DNA of 64,000 nucleotides, taken from Acidisarcina polymorpha (GTDB taxonomy: Bacteria > Acidobacteriota > Terriglobia > Terriglobales > Acidobacteriaceae). Location: NCBI RefSeq assembly GCF_003330725.1, contig NZ_CP030840.1, positions 5,820,116 through 5,884,115 on the forward strand, read 5' to 3'. The notes beneath the pieces are model-generated. The model had not been told where the DNA came from. It searched no databases and was given only the letters and a program-made list of their open reading frames with translations. Of the stretch, positions 19,278 to 28,376 are shown piece after piece. The stretch's first letter is position 1. Each line of letters begins with the position of its first letter. Both the position numbers and the translations under genes were made by a program.

Positions 19278-19377
19278 TCATCTGCCTCGCAGAGCGCACG
19301 ATGATCGTGTGTATCGTCTGCAACTTCAACCCGCAACATCCTGCCGTAAATACTGTTCATAGGGATGAAGGGAGCCG

Positions 19378-21405
19378 ATGATGCGCTGGAGCCGAGTGTC
19401 TTCGTTGTCCTGGCTGCTGGCGGTGCTCCCGCTATCTTCCGGCGCCTCCGCGCAACTGACTGCGAAGAGACCGCAACATCACCTGCCCGCGGCCACTGTC
19501 GAAGCTCCATTGACGCAGCGCGAAAAGGCCGCGCAGTTGCTGAATCGATGCACATTCGGCCCTAGGCCCGGCGATATCACAGCTGTCATGAAGCTGGGGC
19601 CGGACGCCTGGTTTGAGCAACAGCTGAATCCCGAGACTGTGCCCGACGCGGTCCTGGAGAAGCGGCTGGAGGATTATCCGGCTTTAAAGCTGACACCCTC
19701 GCAAACCGCAATTGACTTTCCGAGGAACCAGGTCTTTCGCAAGATTTTGGAGGGAAAAGAGACTTACCCTCAGGATCCGGCCCTGGCGAGCGTCTACCAG
19801 GTGCTAGAGACAAAGTATGCGCACGAACAGCAGGTCCGCAAAGAAGAACAGGACAACCAGCAGACTCCCGAGCAGCAAGAGGCACAGAAGGCAGCCCAGA
19901 AGAAGCAGGACCAGGCCACCGCTCTGGTGGTTTCCGAGCAGATTCTCGGTATGCCTAAGGCGCAGCGCATGGCAGCGATCTTCAAGCTTCCGGTTGAGCA
20001 GCGGATCGTGCTCGCTGGCAGTACCCCCGATCCACAGAAAAAAATGCTGATCGCGGACTTCAATCCGCATGAGCGGGAGATCTTCGCGGCGATGGGCGGC
20101 GGTCCGGATGCTGCGCATGTCGTTCAGAGCGAGCTTCAACAAGCGAAGGCACTTCGCGCTATCTTGAGTGAACGCCAGCTGCAAGAGGTGATGACCGATT
20201 TCTGGTTCAACCACTTCAATGTATTTCTGAATAAGGACAGCGATGCGCTTTATACCCCCGCTTACGAACGAGACACCATTCGCCCGCATGCTTTAGGCAA
20301 GTTTCGGGACTTGCTGACGGCTACCGCAAAAGACCCTGCAATGCTCGTCTATCTGGATAACTGGTTGAGCATCGGCCCAGACTCAAAGGCGGCCGAGAAT
20401 CGCCAGGCCAACCAGAAGAACGCACAGAGAGGCCTCAACGAGAATTATGGCCGCGAACTCATGGAGTTGCATACCGTGGGAGTGAGTGGCGGCTACACCC
20501 AGGCCGACGTCACCAACCTGGCGAAGATCCTCACGGGATGGACGGTCGACCGGCCTGACCAAGGCGGCGGGTTTCTCTTTGAGCCGCGCAAACATGAGCC
20601 CGGAGACAAGCAATGGTTTCGGCAGAAGGTCGCCTTTCAGGCCGGACCGAACGGTGTGGCGGAGGGGGAGGCGGCGTTGAACTGGCTGGCATCCCAGTCG
20701 CAGACGGCCCACTTCATCAGCTTCAAATTAGCCCAGCGGTTCGTGGCCGATGAGCCGCCGCCGGCGCTGGTCGACCGGATGGCAAAATCCTTCCTCTCCT
20801 CTGACGGCGACATCCGGGAGGTGTTGAGAACTATGGAGCGTTCGCCCGAGTTCTTTGCGCGCAAGTATTACCGCGTCAAGGTGAAAACGCCACTCGAGTT
20901 TGTAGCCTCGGCCTTCCGCGCAACCGAGACCAACCCGGCAAATCCCGCCGCCGTCGTGAACGTGCTCAAGACGATGGGCGAGCCGCTTTATCAGATGCAG
21001 CCGCCGACAGGCTACCCGATGACCGCCGACCATTGGATGAACTCCGCAGCGCTGGTTGACCGGCTGAATCTCTCGCTCACCCTGACAGGCGGTAAGCTGG
21101 GAAACACACCTTTCGACGCCACGCATCTGCTTGCCACCGGATTGCTCGCCCGGGAGGTTGAGCCGGTGAAGTCTCCAGTCCGCCGCATTTCGGTAGAAGC
21201 GGGGGAGCCGGTCAGCGGACGCGAAGAAGCACTAGCCTTGCTCGAACAGATGGTCATCGGCGGCGCGGTTTCGGCCAAGACAAACGCTGTGATCCTGAAG
21301 CAAATCGCGGAGGACCAGGCCAGTCCGTCCCCGGCGGATTCGACGCAGGTGCTGAACACGATCGCTGCCCTGATTCTAGGCTCGCCGGAGTTTCAGCTGA
21401 AGTAG
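19378..21405 (+). CDS. DUF1800-domain secreted protein
   Basis: Signal peptide. QLLNRCTFGPRPGD...WFEQQL and FWFNHFNV are hallmark DUF1800 motifs. Confidence 0.8.
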   Translation: MMRWSRVSSLSWLLAVLPLSSGASAQLTAKRPQHHLPAATVEAPLTQREKAAQLLNRCTFGPRPGDITAVMKLGPDAWFEQQLNPETVPDAVLEKRLEDYPALKLTPSQTAIDFPRNQVFRKILEGKETYPQDPALASVYQVLETKYAHEQQVRKEEQDNQQTPEQQEAQKAAQKKQDQATALVVSEQILGMPKAQRMAAIFKLPVEQRIVLAGSTPDPQKKMLIADFNPHEREIFAAMGGGPDAAHVVQSELQQAKALRAILSERQLQEVMTDFWFNHFNVFLNKDSDALYTPAYERDTIRPHALGKFRDLLTATAKDPAMLVYLDNWLSIGPDSKAAENRQANQKNAQRGLNENYGRELMELHTVGVSGGYTQADVTNLAKILTGWTVDRPDQGGGFLFEPRKHEPGDKQWFRQKVAFQAGPNGVAEGEAALNWLASQSQTAHFISFKLAQRFVADEPPPALVDRMAKSFLSSDGDIREVLRTMERSPEFFARKYYRVKVKTPLEFVASAFRATETNPANPAAVVNVLKTMGEPLYQMQPPTGYPMTADHWMNSAALVDRLNLSLTLTGGKLGNTPFDATHLLATGLLAREVEPVKSPVRRISVEAGEPVSGREEALALLEQMVIGGAVSAKTNAVILKQIAEDQASPSPADSTQVLNTIAALILGSPEFQLK

Positions 21406-21466
21406 ATGGGCGGCAGGAAGCCTATGATACGCAGTTCGCCGATTCGGTTGACGACCGCAACCGCCA

Positions 21467-22225
21467 TTAATCCTCAATGACGCCTTGGAACATGGCTACG
21501 TCGGCTCCCGCCTCTTGGAGACCACGGGCGGCGACCAGAAGATAATATTCGAGGTTGGCGGTCGCCTCCCATGCCTTACGCGCTTTGTCGAGCAAGATCG
21601 CCTGGCTGGTGTGCTTGCGGAATGCTTCGTACTTCTTCTCTGCGTGGTTCCCAAGATGAAGTGTTAGAGAATAGGGCGTGCGGCTCGTGTTCGCCTTGGC
21701 CACCTCATCCTGAACCAACAAGAACGGAGTTGCCGAGTAATAGAGCTTCTGCGGCCAATAGGGCTGCATGCCGCGATCGATCTGTTCCGGAAAAGCGGAG
21801 GGCCGCCCCGCCCAGTGAAACGCGGTGGTGGCGGCGAGCGAGACTACGGTGTGATCGCGATGCAGATTGACGCCGCCTTCGCCACCGAATGTAAGGACGA
21901 CCTGCGGCCTCCACTGCCGAATACGCTCGACCAGCACACCGATCAGCTCCGTAGGATCATGCCTGGCCAGCTTCCCATCGGGATAATGGAGCACCTCGCC
22001 GCGGCTGACTCCGAGGATTTCACCGGCGGCGGCGAATTCGTCGCGGCGCATCTGCGCCAGTTCCTCTCCGCTTGAGGCGTCGCCGCGATTTGAGGCCGCC
22101 TGGCCCTCGGTGAGACAAATCACTGTCGTCTCGACACCGGCTGCATGGGCCAAGAGCAATGCTCCGCCAAAAGCGCCGCACTCATCATCCGGATGAGCGG
22201 TCATGCACATCAGTCGATAGGCCAA
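21467..22225 (-). CDS. PIG-L/LmbE-family N-acetylglucosaminyl deacetylase
   Basis: AHPDDE metal-binding motif, then HRDH. Length 252 aa. Confidence 0.75.
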   Translation of the reverse strand: MAYRLMCMTAHPDDECGAFGGALLLAHAAGVETTVICLTEGQAASNRGDASSGEELAQMRRDEFAAAGEILGVSRGEVLHYPDGKLARHDPTELIGVLVERIRQWRPQVVLTFGGEGGVNLHRDHTVVSLAATTAFHWAGRPSAFPEQIDRGMQPYWPQKLYYSATPFLLVQDEVAKANTSRTPYSLTLHLGNHAEKKYEAFRKHTSQAILLDKARKAWEATANLEYYLLVAARGLQEAGADVAMFQGVIED

Positions 22226-22323
22226 TAGCTCTCCCTCAAAAAGAACAGGATACGCGAACGGGCAAACTGGGCACCAACCGAATCGTACGAAGCTAAGCGG
22301 AGGTGCAACTGTGATACTCCTAC

Positions 22324-24657
22324 TCAGGTCGGGGTCTTCAGCAGGAGGTAGCTCCCAACTAAACCGAAGAGGACGTCGGGCGACCAGGCAGCAAGGATCG
22401 CCGGCAGCATATTCACGTTCCCCATCGCTTCAAACATGGCCGCGGTCACCCAGTAGGTAACCGCCAGACCGATGGCGGCGGCGATTCCCGCCAGCGAGCC
22501 GCGCCTCCCCATCGAGAGGGCAAACGGAATCGCGAGCACGGCCATGACCAGGGTGATCAACGGATAAGCTAGTTTGCGATTGAGTTGAACGAGCAGCGGC
22601 ATCGTGTCGAAACCGCTTTGGCTGAGATCGCGTATGTAGCGCCGCAACTGCACGAAGCTCATCTCCTGAGACTGCAGACTCTCCTTCTTGAAGTACTGCG
22701 GCTGCTCAGGAATCTCAGGAAAGGTGCTGACTTCAAAAGGCGCGTAGGTCTTGATTGAATCTCCACTAAAGGTCCGGACCCACCCGCTTTCGAAGATCCA
22801 TTGCTGCACCGCCGGCTCCCAGTGGGCGGTCGCTGCAAAGATGCGCCGGGAGAGTGTAAACGTCGCAGGATCCAGCTCGAAGACGGTGACATTGGCGAAG
22901 CGGTCATGGTCGGGATCGAAGAACTGGTAGTAGAAAATTCGATCAGGCCGCCCAGCTTCCTGCTTCCCGAACATCCACTTCTGATCGGGACGGAAAAAGG
23001 TCTGCGCCGGCTTCCCCTTAATGACGCTGCGTAAGGCTTCCTGGCGGCGATTGGCGGAGGGAACATAGAGTTCATCGAAGGCAAAGAGGGAACTGGCGAC
23101 TAGCAGAGAAATCACCAGCACCGGAAGGGCAACCCTGTAGAGGCTGATGCCTGTCGCTTTCATCGCCGTGAGTTCGTTGGTGCGGTGCATGGTGCCGAAG
23201 GTCACGAGGACTGCCAGCAATACGCTTAGTGGCGTAATCGTGTAGATCATGCTCGGGGTCAGGTTGATCAGGTATTCCCCGACGGTCACGAACGGCGTCT
23301 TATTGCGGATGATGTCGCCAATCAATTCAAAGAAGGTGAAAACCAACAGCAGCATCACGAAGGTGACCAGCACCAGGCCGAGAGTCGTCAGGAATTCGCG
23401 CAGGATGTAGTCGTCCAGGATGAGAGGAAATCTTCCTCGCCCCTGACGTTTGACCCGGGCCACGGCGGGAGATCGCTGCGCTGGTGCTTCGAATTTAGCG
23501 AACCACGTTTTTACCCAGGAGGAGATCGTTCCGAAATATGCCAGCGCCGCGTTGCCGGTGGCTATCTGGCGAAGCAGAAAGACTCCGCAAATGCCGAAGA
23601 CGGCATTCGAAAGCCAGACTCCCGCGAATGGCGGAACCTTTCCTTGGCGTGCCAGCGCCACGCCGATGATGGACAAAAAATAGTAAACGAAGACCAATAG
23701 GATGGTCAGCACGAAGCCCGCGCTCTTGCCGCCACGCCTGGAGGCCATGCCCAGCGGCACGCCCACCAGCATAAGAACGAGGCAGGCGGCGGGATAAGAG
23801 AGCCGCTTATTGAATTCAATCAGCGCCGCCTTCCCGTCGACACTGTTCGGCGAATTTCTGGCTCGGGCGATCAATTCACTACTCGAAAGCGCAAGGATGG
23901 GGGCATCGCTTCTGCCCAACCGGGTATCGTCCTTGTCGCTGAGAGGCAAAGGTAGATCGGTCACGCCAAAGGTGGAGATGTTGTATTGGTTCGGTTGGCT
24001 GGCGCTGGTTTCGTGCTCAACGCCATTGCGCAGCCTCATGCGCAAAGTAGCGTCAGTGTCATTGACAACCGTGGCTTGTTCCGCACTGATGATTTGCGGA
24101 GAGGAAGGATCGGTGAGATTGGCGAGGAAGATATTCTGCCAGTTGGATGCTCCCGTTCCGGCTCGTACATTCTGCACATAGAGGACGTAATCTTTAAAGT
24201 CTTCATAGAACACCCGCGGCTGGATCTCGAAGGATGCCTGCGAGGTGAGCAGCGAAGCTTTGAGCCGAAGCAGCGCTGCCGATGCCCGCGGCGCGAAATA
24301 GAGCGAGTTCGCCATGCCCACCAGCCAGCCAAGAACCGCAACGACCAGCACAATGCGTACAAAGCTCAACACGCCAATGCCGGAGGCGCGCATGGCGGTA
24401 ATTTCACTATCGGCCGCCAGTCTCCCCAGACCCAACAGGATTCCGACCAGCACTGCCATCGGAATGGTCACCGTGAAGGTGTTGGGCAGGGTGAACAGGA
24501 AGATCTTGAGCACGCTGACCAGCGAAGAACTGTTGTGCACGACCAGCGCCAGGATCCCACCGAGATCCCGCATGAACAGAATAAAAGTGAAGAGCGCCCC
24601 GCCAATCAGTGCGTGCGAGAAGACTTCCCTCAAGATGTAGCGGCTGAGAATGCGCAT
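22324..24657 (-). CDS. Fused LptF/LptG-family (YjgP/YjgQ) LPS export permease, two tandem permease domains in one 777-aa polypeptide
   Basis: Two YILRE-led six-TM domains: MRILSRYILREVF... and LILDDYILREFLTT.... Each has a large periplasmic β-jellyroll segment. Confidence 0.75.
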   Translation of the reverse strand: MRILSRYILREVFSHALIGGALFTFILFMRDLGGILALVVHNSSSLVSVLKIFLFTLPNTFTVTIPMAVLVGILLGLGRLAADSEITAMRASGIGVLSFVRIVLVVAVLGWLVGMANSLYFAPRASAALLRLKASLLTSQASFEIQPRVFYEDFKDYVLYVQNVRAGTGASNWQNIFLANLTDPSSPQIISAEQATVVNDTDATLRMRLRNGVEHETSASQPNQYNISTFGVTDLPLPLSDKDDTRLGRSDAPILALSSSELIARARNSPNSVDGKAALIEFNKRLSYPAACLVLMLVGVPLGMASRRGGKSAGFVLTILLVFVYYFLSIIGVALARQGKVPPFAGVWLSNAVFGICGVFLLRQIATGNAALAYFGTISSWVKTWFAKFEAPAQRSPAVARVKRQGRGRFPLILDDYILREFLTTLGLVLVTFVMLLLVFTFFELIGDIIRNKTPFVTVGEYLINLTPSMIYTITPLSVLLAVLVTFGTMHRTNELTAMKATGISLYRVALPVLVISLLVASSLFAFDELYVPSANRRQEALRSVIKGKPAQTFFRPDQKWMFGKQEAGRPDRIFYYQFFDPDHDRFANVTVFELDPATFTLSRRIFAATAHWEPAVQQWIFESGWVRTFSGDSIKTYAPFEVSTFPEIPEQPQYFKKESLQSQEMSFVQLRRYIRDLSQSGFDTMPLLVQLNRKLAYPLITLVMAVLAIPFALSMGRRGSLAGIAAAIGLAVTYWVTAAMFEAMGNVNMLPAILAAWSPDVLFGLVGSYLLLKTPT

Positions 24658-24700
24658 GGACGAACCTGTCTTGAGTTTACAACTCTATCCGCGGCAGGAT

Positions 24701-25051
24701 TTATCGCGCATGGCGATAGACCAGGTCGAGCAGCTCGTCGTACATGGCATCGGCATCGGGTGATCCCTTCCGGATCGCATCAGCAGCGCAATGCTGTAGA
24801 TGGTTGCGCATGAGTTGACGGCTGGCGCCACGCAGTGCTTCCTGGACGGAGGAGATCTGAAGCAAAATATCGGCGCAATAGCGCTCCGACTCGACCATAT
24901 TCCTGAGGCCCCGAACCTGGCCCTCGATGCGCGCGAGGCGAGCAAGCACGGAGGCCTTAATTTCAGGATCCACGGCGGCGGCCTTGCGCTCGCCGGCGCA
25001 GAGACAGCTTACCTCGAGAGTCTCCGCTGTCGCTGGTTTGGGAATTTTCAT
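24701..25051 (-). CDS. csoR: CsoR/RcnR-family metal-sensing transcriptional repressor
   Basis: LARLARIEGQVRGLRNMVESERYCADILLQISSVQEAL, with the Cys and His ligand pattern of CsoR. Overlaps the copA stop by 4 nt. Confidence 0.75.
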   Translation of the reverse strand: MKIPKPATAETLEVSCLCAGERKAAAVDPEIKASVLARLARIEGQVRGLRNMVESERYCADILLQISSVQEALRGASRQLMRNHLQHCAADAIRKGSPDADAMYDELLDLVYRHAR

Positions 25052-27351
25052 CGTGGAACGAACCTCCGTAAACGAAGACTATTACCAAGAACGCTGATCG
25101 AACTTAAAGCCATTGCGGCGCTGGCGATTGCCGGGCTGAGCAGGATGCCGAGCACGGGATAGAGAGCCCCGGCCGCGATTGGGATCCCCAGGATGTTGTA
25201 GCCGATCGCCCACCCGAGATTGGCGCGCATTGTCTTCACGGTTGCCCTCGCCAGATCGACAGCGGTCACGATCGACATTGGCTCACCGCGGAGCAGGACC
25301 GCATCCCCGGCTTCCCGAGCCAGATCGGTACCCGTTCCCATGGCGATGCCAGCGTCGGCCTGGGCCAGAGCAGCGGCATCGTTGATGCCGTCCCCTACCA
25401 TCGCGACTTTTCGTCCCGACGCTTGCAAACCGCGGATGTGTTCCAATTTTTGTGCAGGCAGCAGTCCGGCATACACCTGAACAATGCCAGTTTGTCTGGC
25501 GATGGATTGGGCGACTTCCGGATTGTCTCCAGTGAGCATGATGGTGTGCAGGCCGCGAGCCTTGAGTGCCTTGACGGCGCTGGCTGCTCCTGGGCGGATT
25601 TCATCCTGAGCGGTGAGGTAGCCGTGGAAGCGGCCATCGATCGCAATCAGAAGAACGCTGCCCTGGTGCGGTTGCAGCGATGTTTCTGAAGTAGAGATGC
25701 CAAGCTGCGCCATCAATGCCGCGTTGCCGGCAGCGACCCGATGGCCCTCAACCACACCGGTAATCCCCATGCCGGGAACGGCCTTTGAGTCGACGCTCGG
25801 CTTGAGCTTCAATCCGCTTTCTTCCGCTTTTTCGAGGACGGCGCGCGCGAGTGGATGTTCGGAACGCTGCTCGAGCGATGCAGCCAGCAGCAGTAACTCT
25901 TCGCTGCTGGTATCCGCGGTGGGATAGATGCCATGAATTCGCGGCTTTCCTATCGTGAGCGTTCCCGTTTTATCCAGCAGAACGGTGTCGACACCAGCCA
26001 GGCGCTCCACTGCTTCGCCACTCTTGAACAGAATCCCAAGCTGCGCGCCGCGGCCGATCGCAACGGTCAGCGCCGCAGGCACCGCGAGCCCCATCGCACA
26101 GGGACAAGCGATTACCAGGACAGTGACCGCGGCGGCGAAGGCGTAGCTCGGATTCGCACGATCAAGGATCAGCCAGCCAACGAGCGTCAGCAGCGCGATT
26201 CCCAGCACCGCGGGAACAAAGACGGCGCTGACCTGATCAGCAAGCTTCTGGGTTGGGGCACGTGATGACTGCGCGTCCTGCATTAAGCGGAGCATCTGAC
26301 CGAGAATGCTGCTGTTCCCAAGCGACGTTGCCCGGTATTCCAGTGCACCGTCAAAGTTGAGCGAGCCCCCGATGAGGCGGTCGCCGGGTCCGCGAGGTAC
26401 AGGGATCGACTCGCCGGTCACCAGCGATTCGTCGACATTGCTGGTGCCCGAGAGCACGACGCCATCAACCGGGACGCGTTCACCTGGACGCAAGACGACG
26501 GTGTCGTCTGGTTGTACCGAGGCGACGGGAATTTCCACTTCACGACCCTGTTGCAGGACGCGCGCGGTCTGCGGTTGCAAACGGGAGAAGGCCTTGAGCG
26601 CCTCCTGCGTGCGATCCTTGGCGCGAGCCTCGAGCCACCGTCCAAGCATCAGGAATGCCAGGATAAACAGCACCGACTCGTAATAAACATCCGGACGGAG
26701 GCGGTGGGTCACAAACAGAGAAGGCGCGAGGGTCGCCAACGCCGAATACAGCAGTGCGGAGATCGTTCCCAGCGCCACCAGCGTATTCATGTTCGTGGCG
26801 CGGTGGAGGAGCGCTTTCCATGCAGGCTTGTAGACCTCGCCTGCCGCGAGCGACATACCGGCGAGCGTCATCGCGAGCAACGTCCATCCGAGTGCCTGGG
26901 CCGGAATTCGATAGAGGATGGGCAGCGCTGCCATCAATAGCCGCGAAACAGGACCAGGGTTTGCCGCCATGCCGTTCATCAGGGGCATGGAGAGCAGCAT
27001 GGCCAGAGCCGCCAGGACAAGCGTCGACAGTGCTTGAAGACGCAGCTTGCCTTCGGCGGCTTCCGGGTGCACGTGCGATGCAGGTGTAGCGTCGTCTGCA
27101 GGTAACGATGACTCGTAGCCGGAACTCTTAACTGCCTCAACGAGCTGCAAAGGAGAAGCGATCTTCTGGTCGAAGACGATTCGCGCGGAGTGCGTCATCA
27201 GGTTGACCTCCGCCTCACCAACTCCCGGGGTTTGCCGTAAGGCACGTTCCACGTGGGACTGGCACGCAGCGCACGACATGCCCAGGACGGGGATGGTGAT
27301 CGTCGCCTGCGCCGCAGTCTCTGACGCCTTCGTCGCTTCCAGGCCGGACAC
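25048..27351 (-). CDS. copA: Copper-translocating P1B-type ATPase
   Basis: HMA domain GMSCAACQSHVERAL. CPC in TM6 (IACPCAMGLA), DKTGTLT, and GDGINDAPAL with the hinge MVGDGINDAAAL. The start is taken at GTG 27351, immediately after the copZ-like stop. The ATG at 27525 would overlap copZ in another frame. Confidence 0.85.
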   Translation of the reverse strand: MSGLEATKASETAAQATITIPVLGMSCAACQSHVERALRQTPGVGEAEVNLMTHSARIVFDQKIASPLQLVEAVKSSGYESSLPADDATPASHVHPEAAEGKLRLQALSTLVLAALAMLLSMPLMNGMAANPGPVSRLLMAALPILYRIPAQALGWTLLAMTLAGMSLAAGEVYKPAWKALLHRATNMNTLVALGTISALLYSALATLAPSLFVTHRLRPDVYYESVLFILAFLMLGRWLEARAKDRTQEALKAFSRLQPQTARVLQQGREVEIPVASVQPDDTVVLRPGERVPVDGVVLSGTSNVDESLVTGESIPVPRGPGDRLIGGSLNFDGALEYRATSLGNSSILGQMLRLMQDAQSSRAPTQKLADQVSAVFVPAVLGIALLTLVGWLILDRANPSYAFAAAVTVLVIACPCAMGLAVPAALTVAIGRGAQLGILFKSGEAVERLAGVDTVLLDKTGTLTIGKPRIHGIYPTADTSSEELLLLAASLEQRSEHPLARAVLEKAEESGLKLKPSVDSKAVPGMGITGVVEGHRVAAGNAALMAQLGISTSETSLQPHQGSVLLIAIDGRFHGYLTAQDEIRPGAASAVKALKARGLHTIMLTGDNPEVAQSIARQTGIVQVYAGLLPAQKLEHIRGLQASGRKVAMVGDGINDAAALAQADAGIAMGTGTDLAREAGDAVLLRGEPMSIVTAVDLARATVKTMRANLGWAIGYNILGIPIAAGALYPVLGILLSPAIASAAMALSSISVLGNSLRLRRFVPR

Positions 27352-27353
27352 GT

Positions 27354-27557
27354 TCAGCTCTCCTGGTGAGCGGCGAATCCGCCCGCGCTCAAGGCAGCGA
27401 TAAGCGCGTCTGAGCTGGAACCTTCCGGTAACTTCACTCGCGCTGCCCCGAGCCGCACCTCTTCCACTTCGGCTCCTGGAACTCTCTGCAGCGACTGGGT
27501 CACCCGGCGAATGCAAGCACCGCAATGCATGCCGTCAATGCGCAGTATCATCTCCAA
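27354..27557 (-). CDS. copZ: Heavy-metal-associated (HMA) copper chaperone, CopZ-like
   Basis: A 67-aa ORF. MEMILRIDGMHCGACIRRVTQSL carries the MxCxxC metal-binding motif. Confidence 0.7.
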   Translation of the reverse strand: MEMILRIDGMHCGACIRRVTQSLQRVPGAEVEEVRLGAARVKLPEGSSSDALIAALSAGGFAAHQES

Positions 27558-27559
27558 AA

Positions 27560-27595
27560 TAGCTATACCCCCTACCCCTATACTACTTTGATGCA
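27560..27595. promoter_or_regulatory. Candidate CsoR-type operator: C5/G5-tract pseudo-repeat upstream of copZ
   Basis: TATACCCCCTACCCCTATACTAC lies just upstream of the copZ start. CsoR operators are known to be C/G-tract pseudo-palindromes. This is a weak match and not a perfect inverted repeat. Confidence 0.25.
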
Positions 27596-27626
27596 GGTGG
27601 AGACCGAAACGGAGCGGATATTCGCC

Positions 27627-28376
27627 TCAGGCAGTTCCGGGCAGGAAACGATAGCCGACTCCTCGTACCGTTTGCAGGTAGATCGGGTCGGCAGGACGAT
27701 CTTCGATGTAGCGGCGCAAGCGAACGATAAAGTTATCGATGGCCCGCGTATCGGTGTCCTCGCGAACGCGCCAGACTTGTTCCAGCAACTCTTTCCGGGA
27801 GATAATCCGGTCGCGATTCTGGACGAGATAACGAAGCAGGTCAGCCTCCATCAAGGTGAGATGGATCGTCTTCTCCGGAGTGATCAACTCGAGCTTGGAG
27901 AAATCGATCGTGCGTCCCGCGAAGCTGAAGGGGAGCTCGGATGGTTCTGCAGTCGGTGGTCGACCAGGCTTTTCGCGCCGATTCCACTGCATCCGCCGCA
28001 GCAAATTCTTGAGCCGCGCCAGCAAGATTGAGAGATCAAATGGTTTGGCGAGATAATCGTCGGCGCCGGCGCTGAAGCCTCGCAGCACATCTTCAGGCCG
28101 CGCGCGCGCCGTGAGCATCAGCACTGGCACGTAACGCTCATGTTCCCGCAGCTCGGAGAGTACTTGAAAGCCGTCTTTGCCGGGAAGCATGACATCCAAA
28201 ACCACGGCATCAAAATATTCAGCGTCATCAAGGGAATTGAGCAGTAGATCGAGAGCCGCATTGCCGTCGGGAGCAATTTTGGCTCGATATCCCTCTGCCT
28301 GTAAATTGAACAACAGGCCTTGAGCGAGATGAGCTTCGTCTTCGACGATGAGGATGTTGGCAGAGTCAGCGATCAT
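27627..28376 (-). CDS. OmpR-family response regulator
   Basis: Receiver (ILIVEDE...VVLDVMLPGKDG) plus a winged-helix C-terminus (LTLMEADLLRYL...GVGYRF). Confidence 0.85.
   Translation of the reverse strand: MIADSANILIVEDEAHLAQGLLFNLQAEGYRAKIAPDGNAALDLLLNSLDDAEYFDAVVLDVMLPGKDGFQVLSELREHERYVPVLMLTARARPEDVLRGFSAGADDYLAKPFDLSILLARLKNLLRRMQWNRREKPGRPPTAEPSELPFSFAGRTIDFSKLELITPEKTIHLTLMEADLLRYLVQNRDRIISRKELLEQVWRVREDTDTRAIDNFIVRLRRYIEDRPADPIYLQTVRGVGYRFLPGTA

Noticed and set aside
23986-24813. 275-aa + strand ORF
   Set aside because: Antisense to lptFG. The composition is His/Arg-rich and junk-like.
25048-27525. CopA starting at ATG 27525 (825 aa)
   Set aside because: The first 58 codons overlap the HMA chaperone ORF out of frame and are Arg/Ser-rich, which is unlike a protein. 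The GTG at 27351 follows the copZ stop. This is kept as a finding because a frameshift cannot be excluded.
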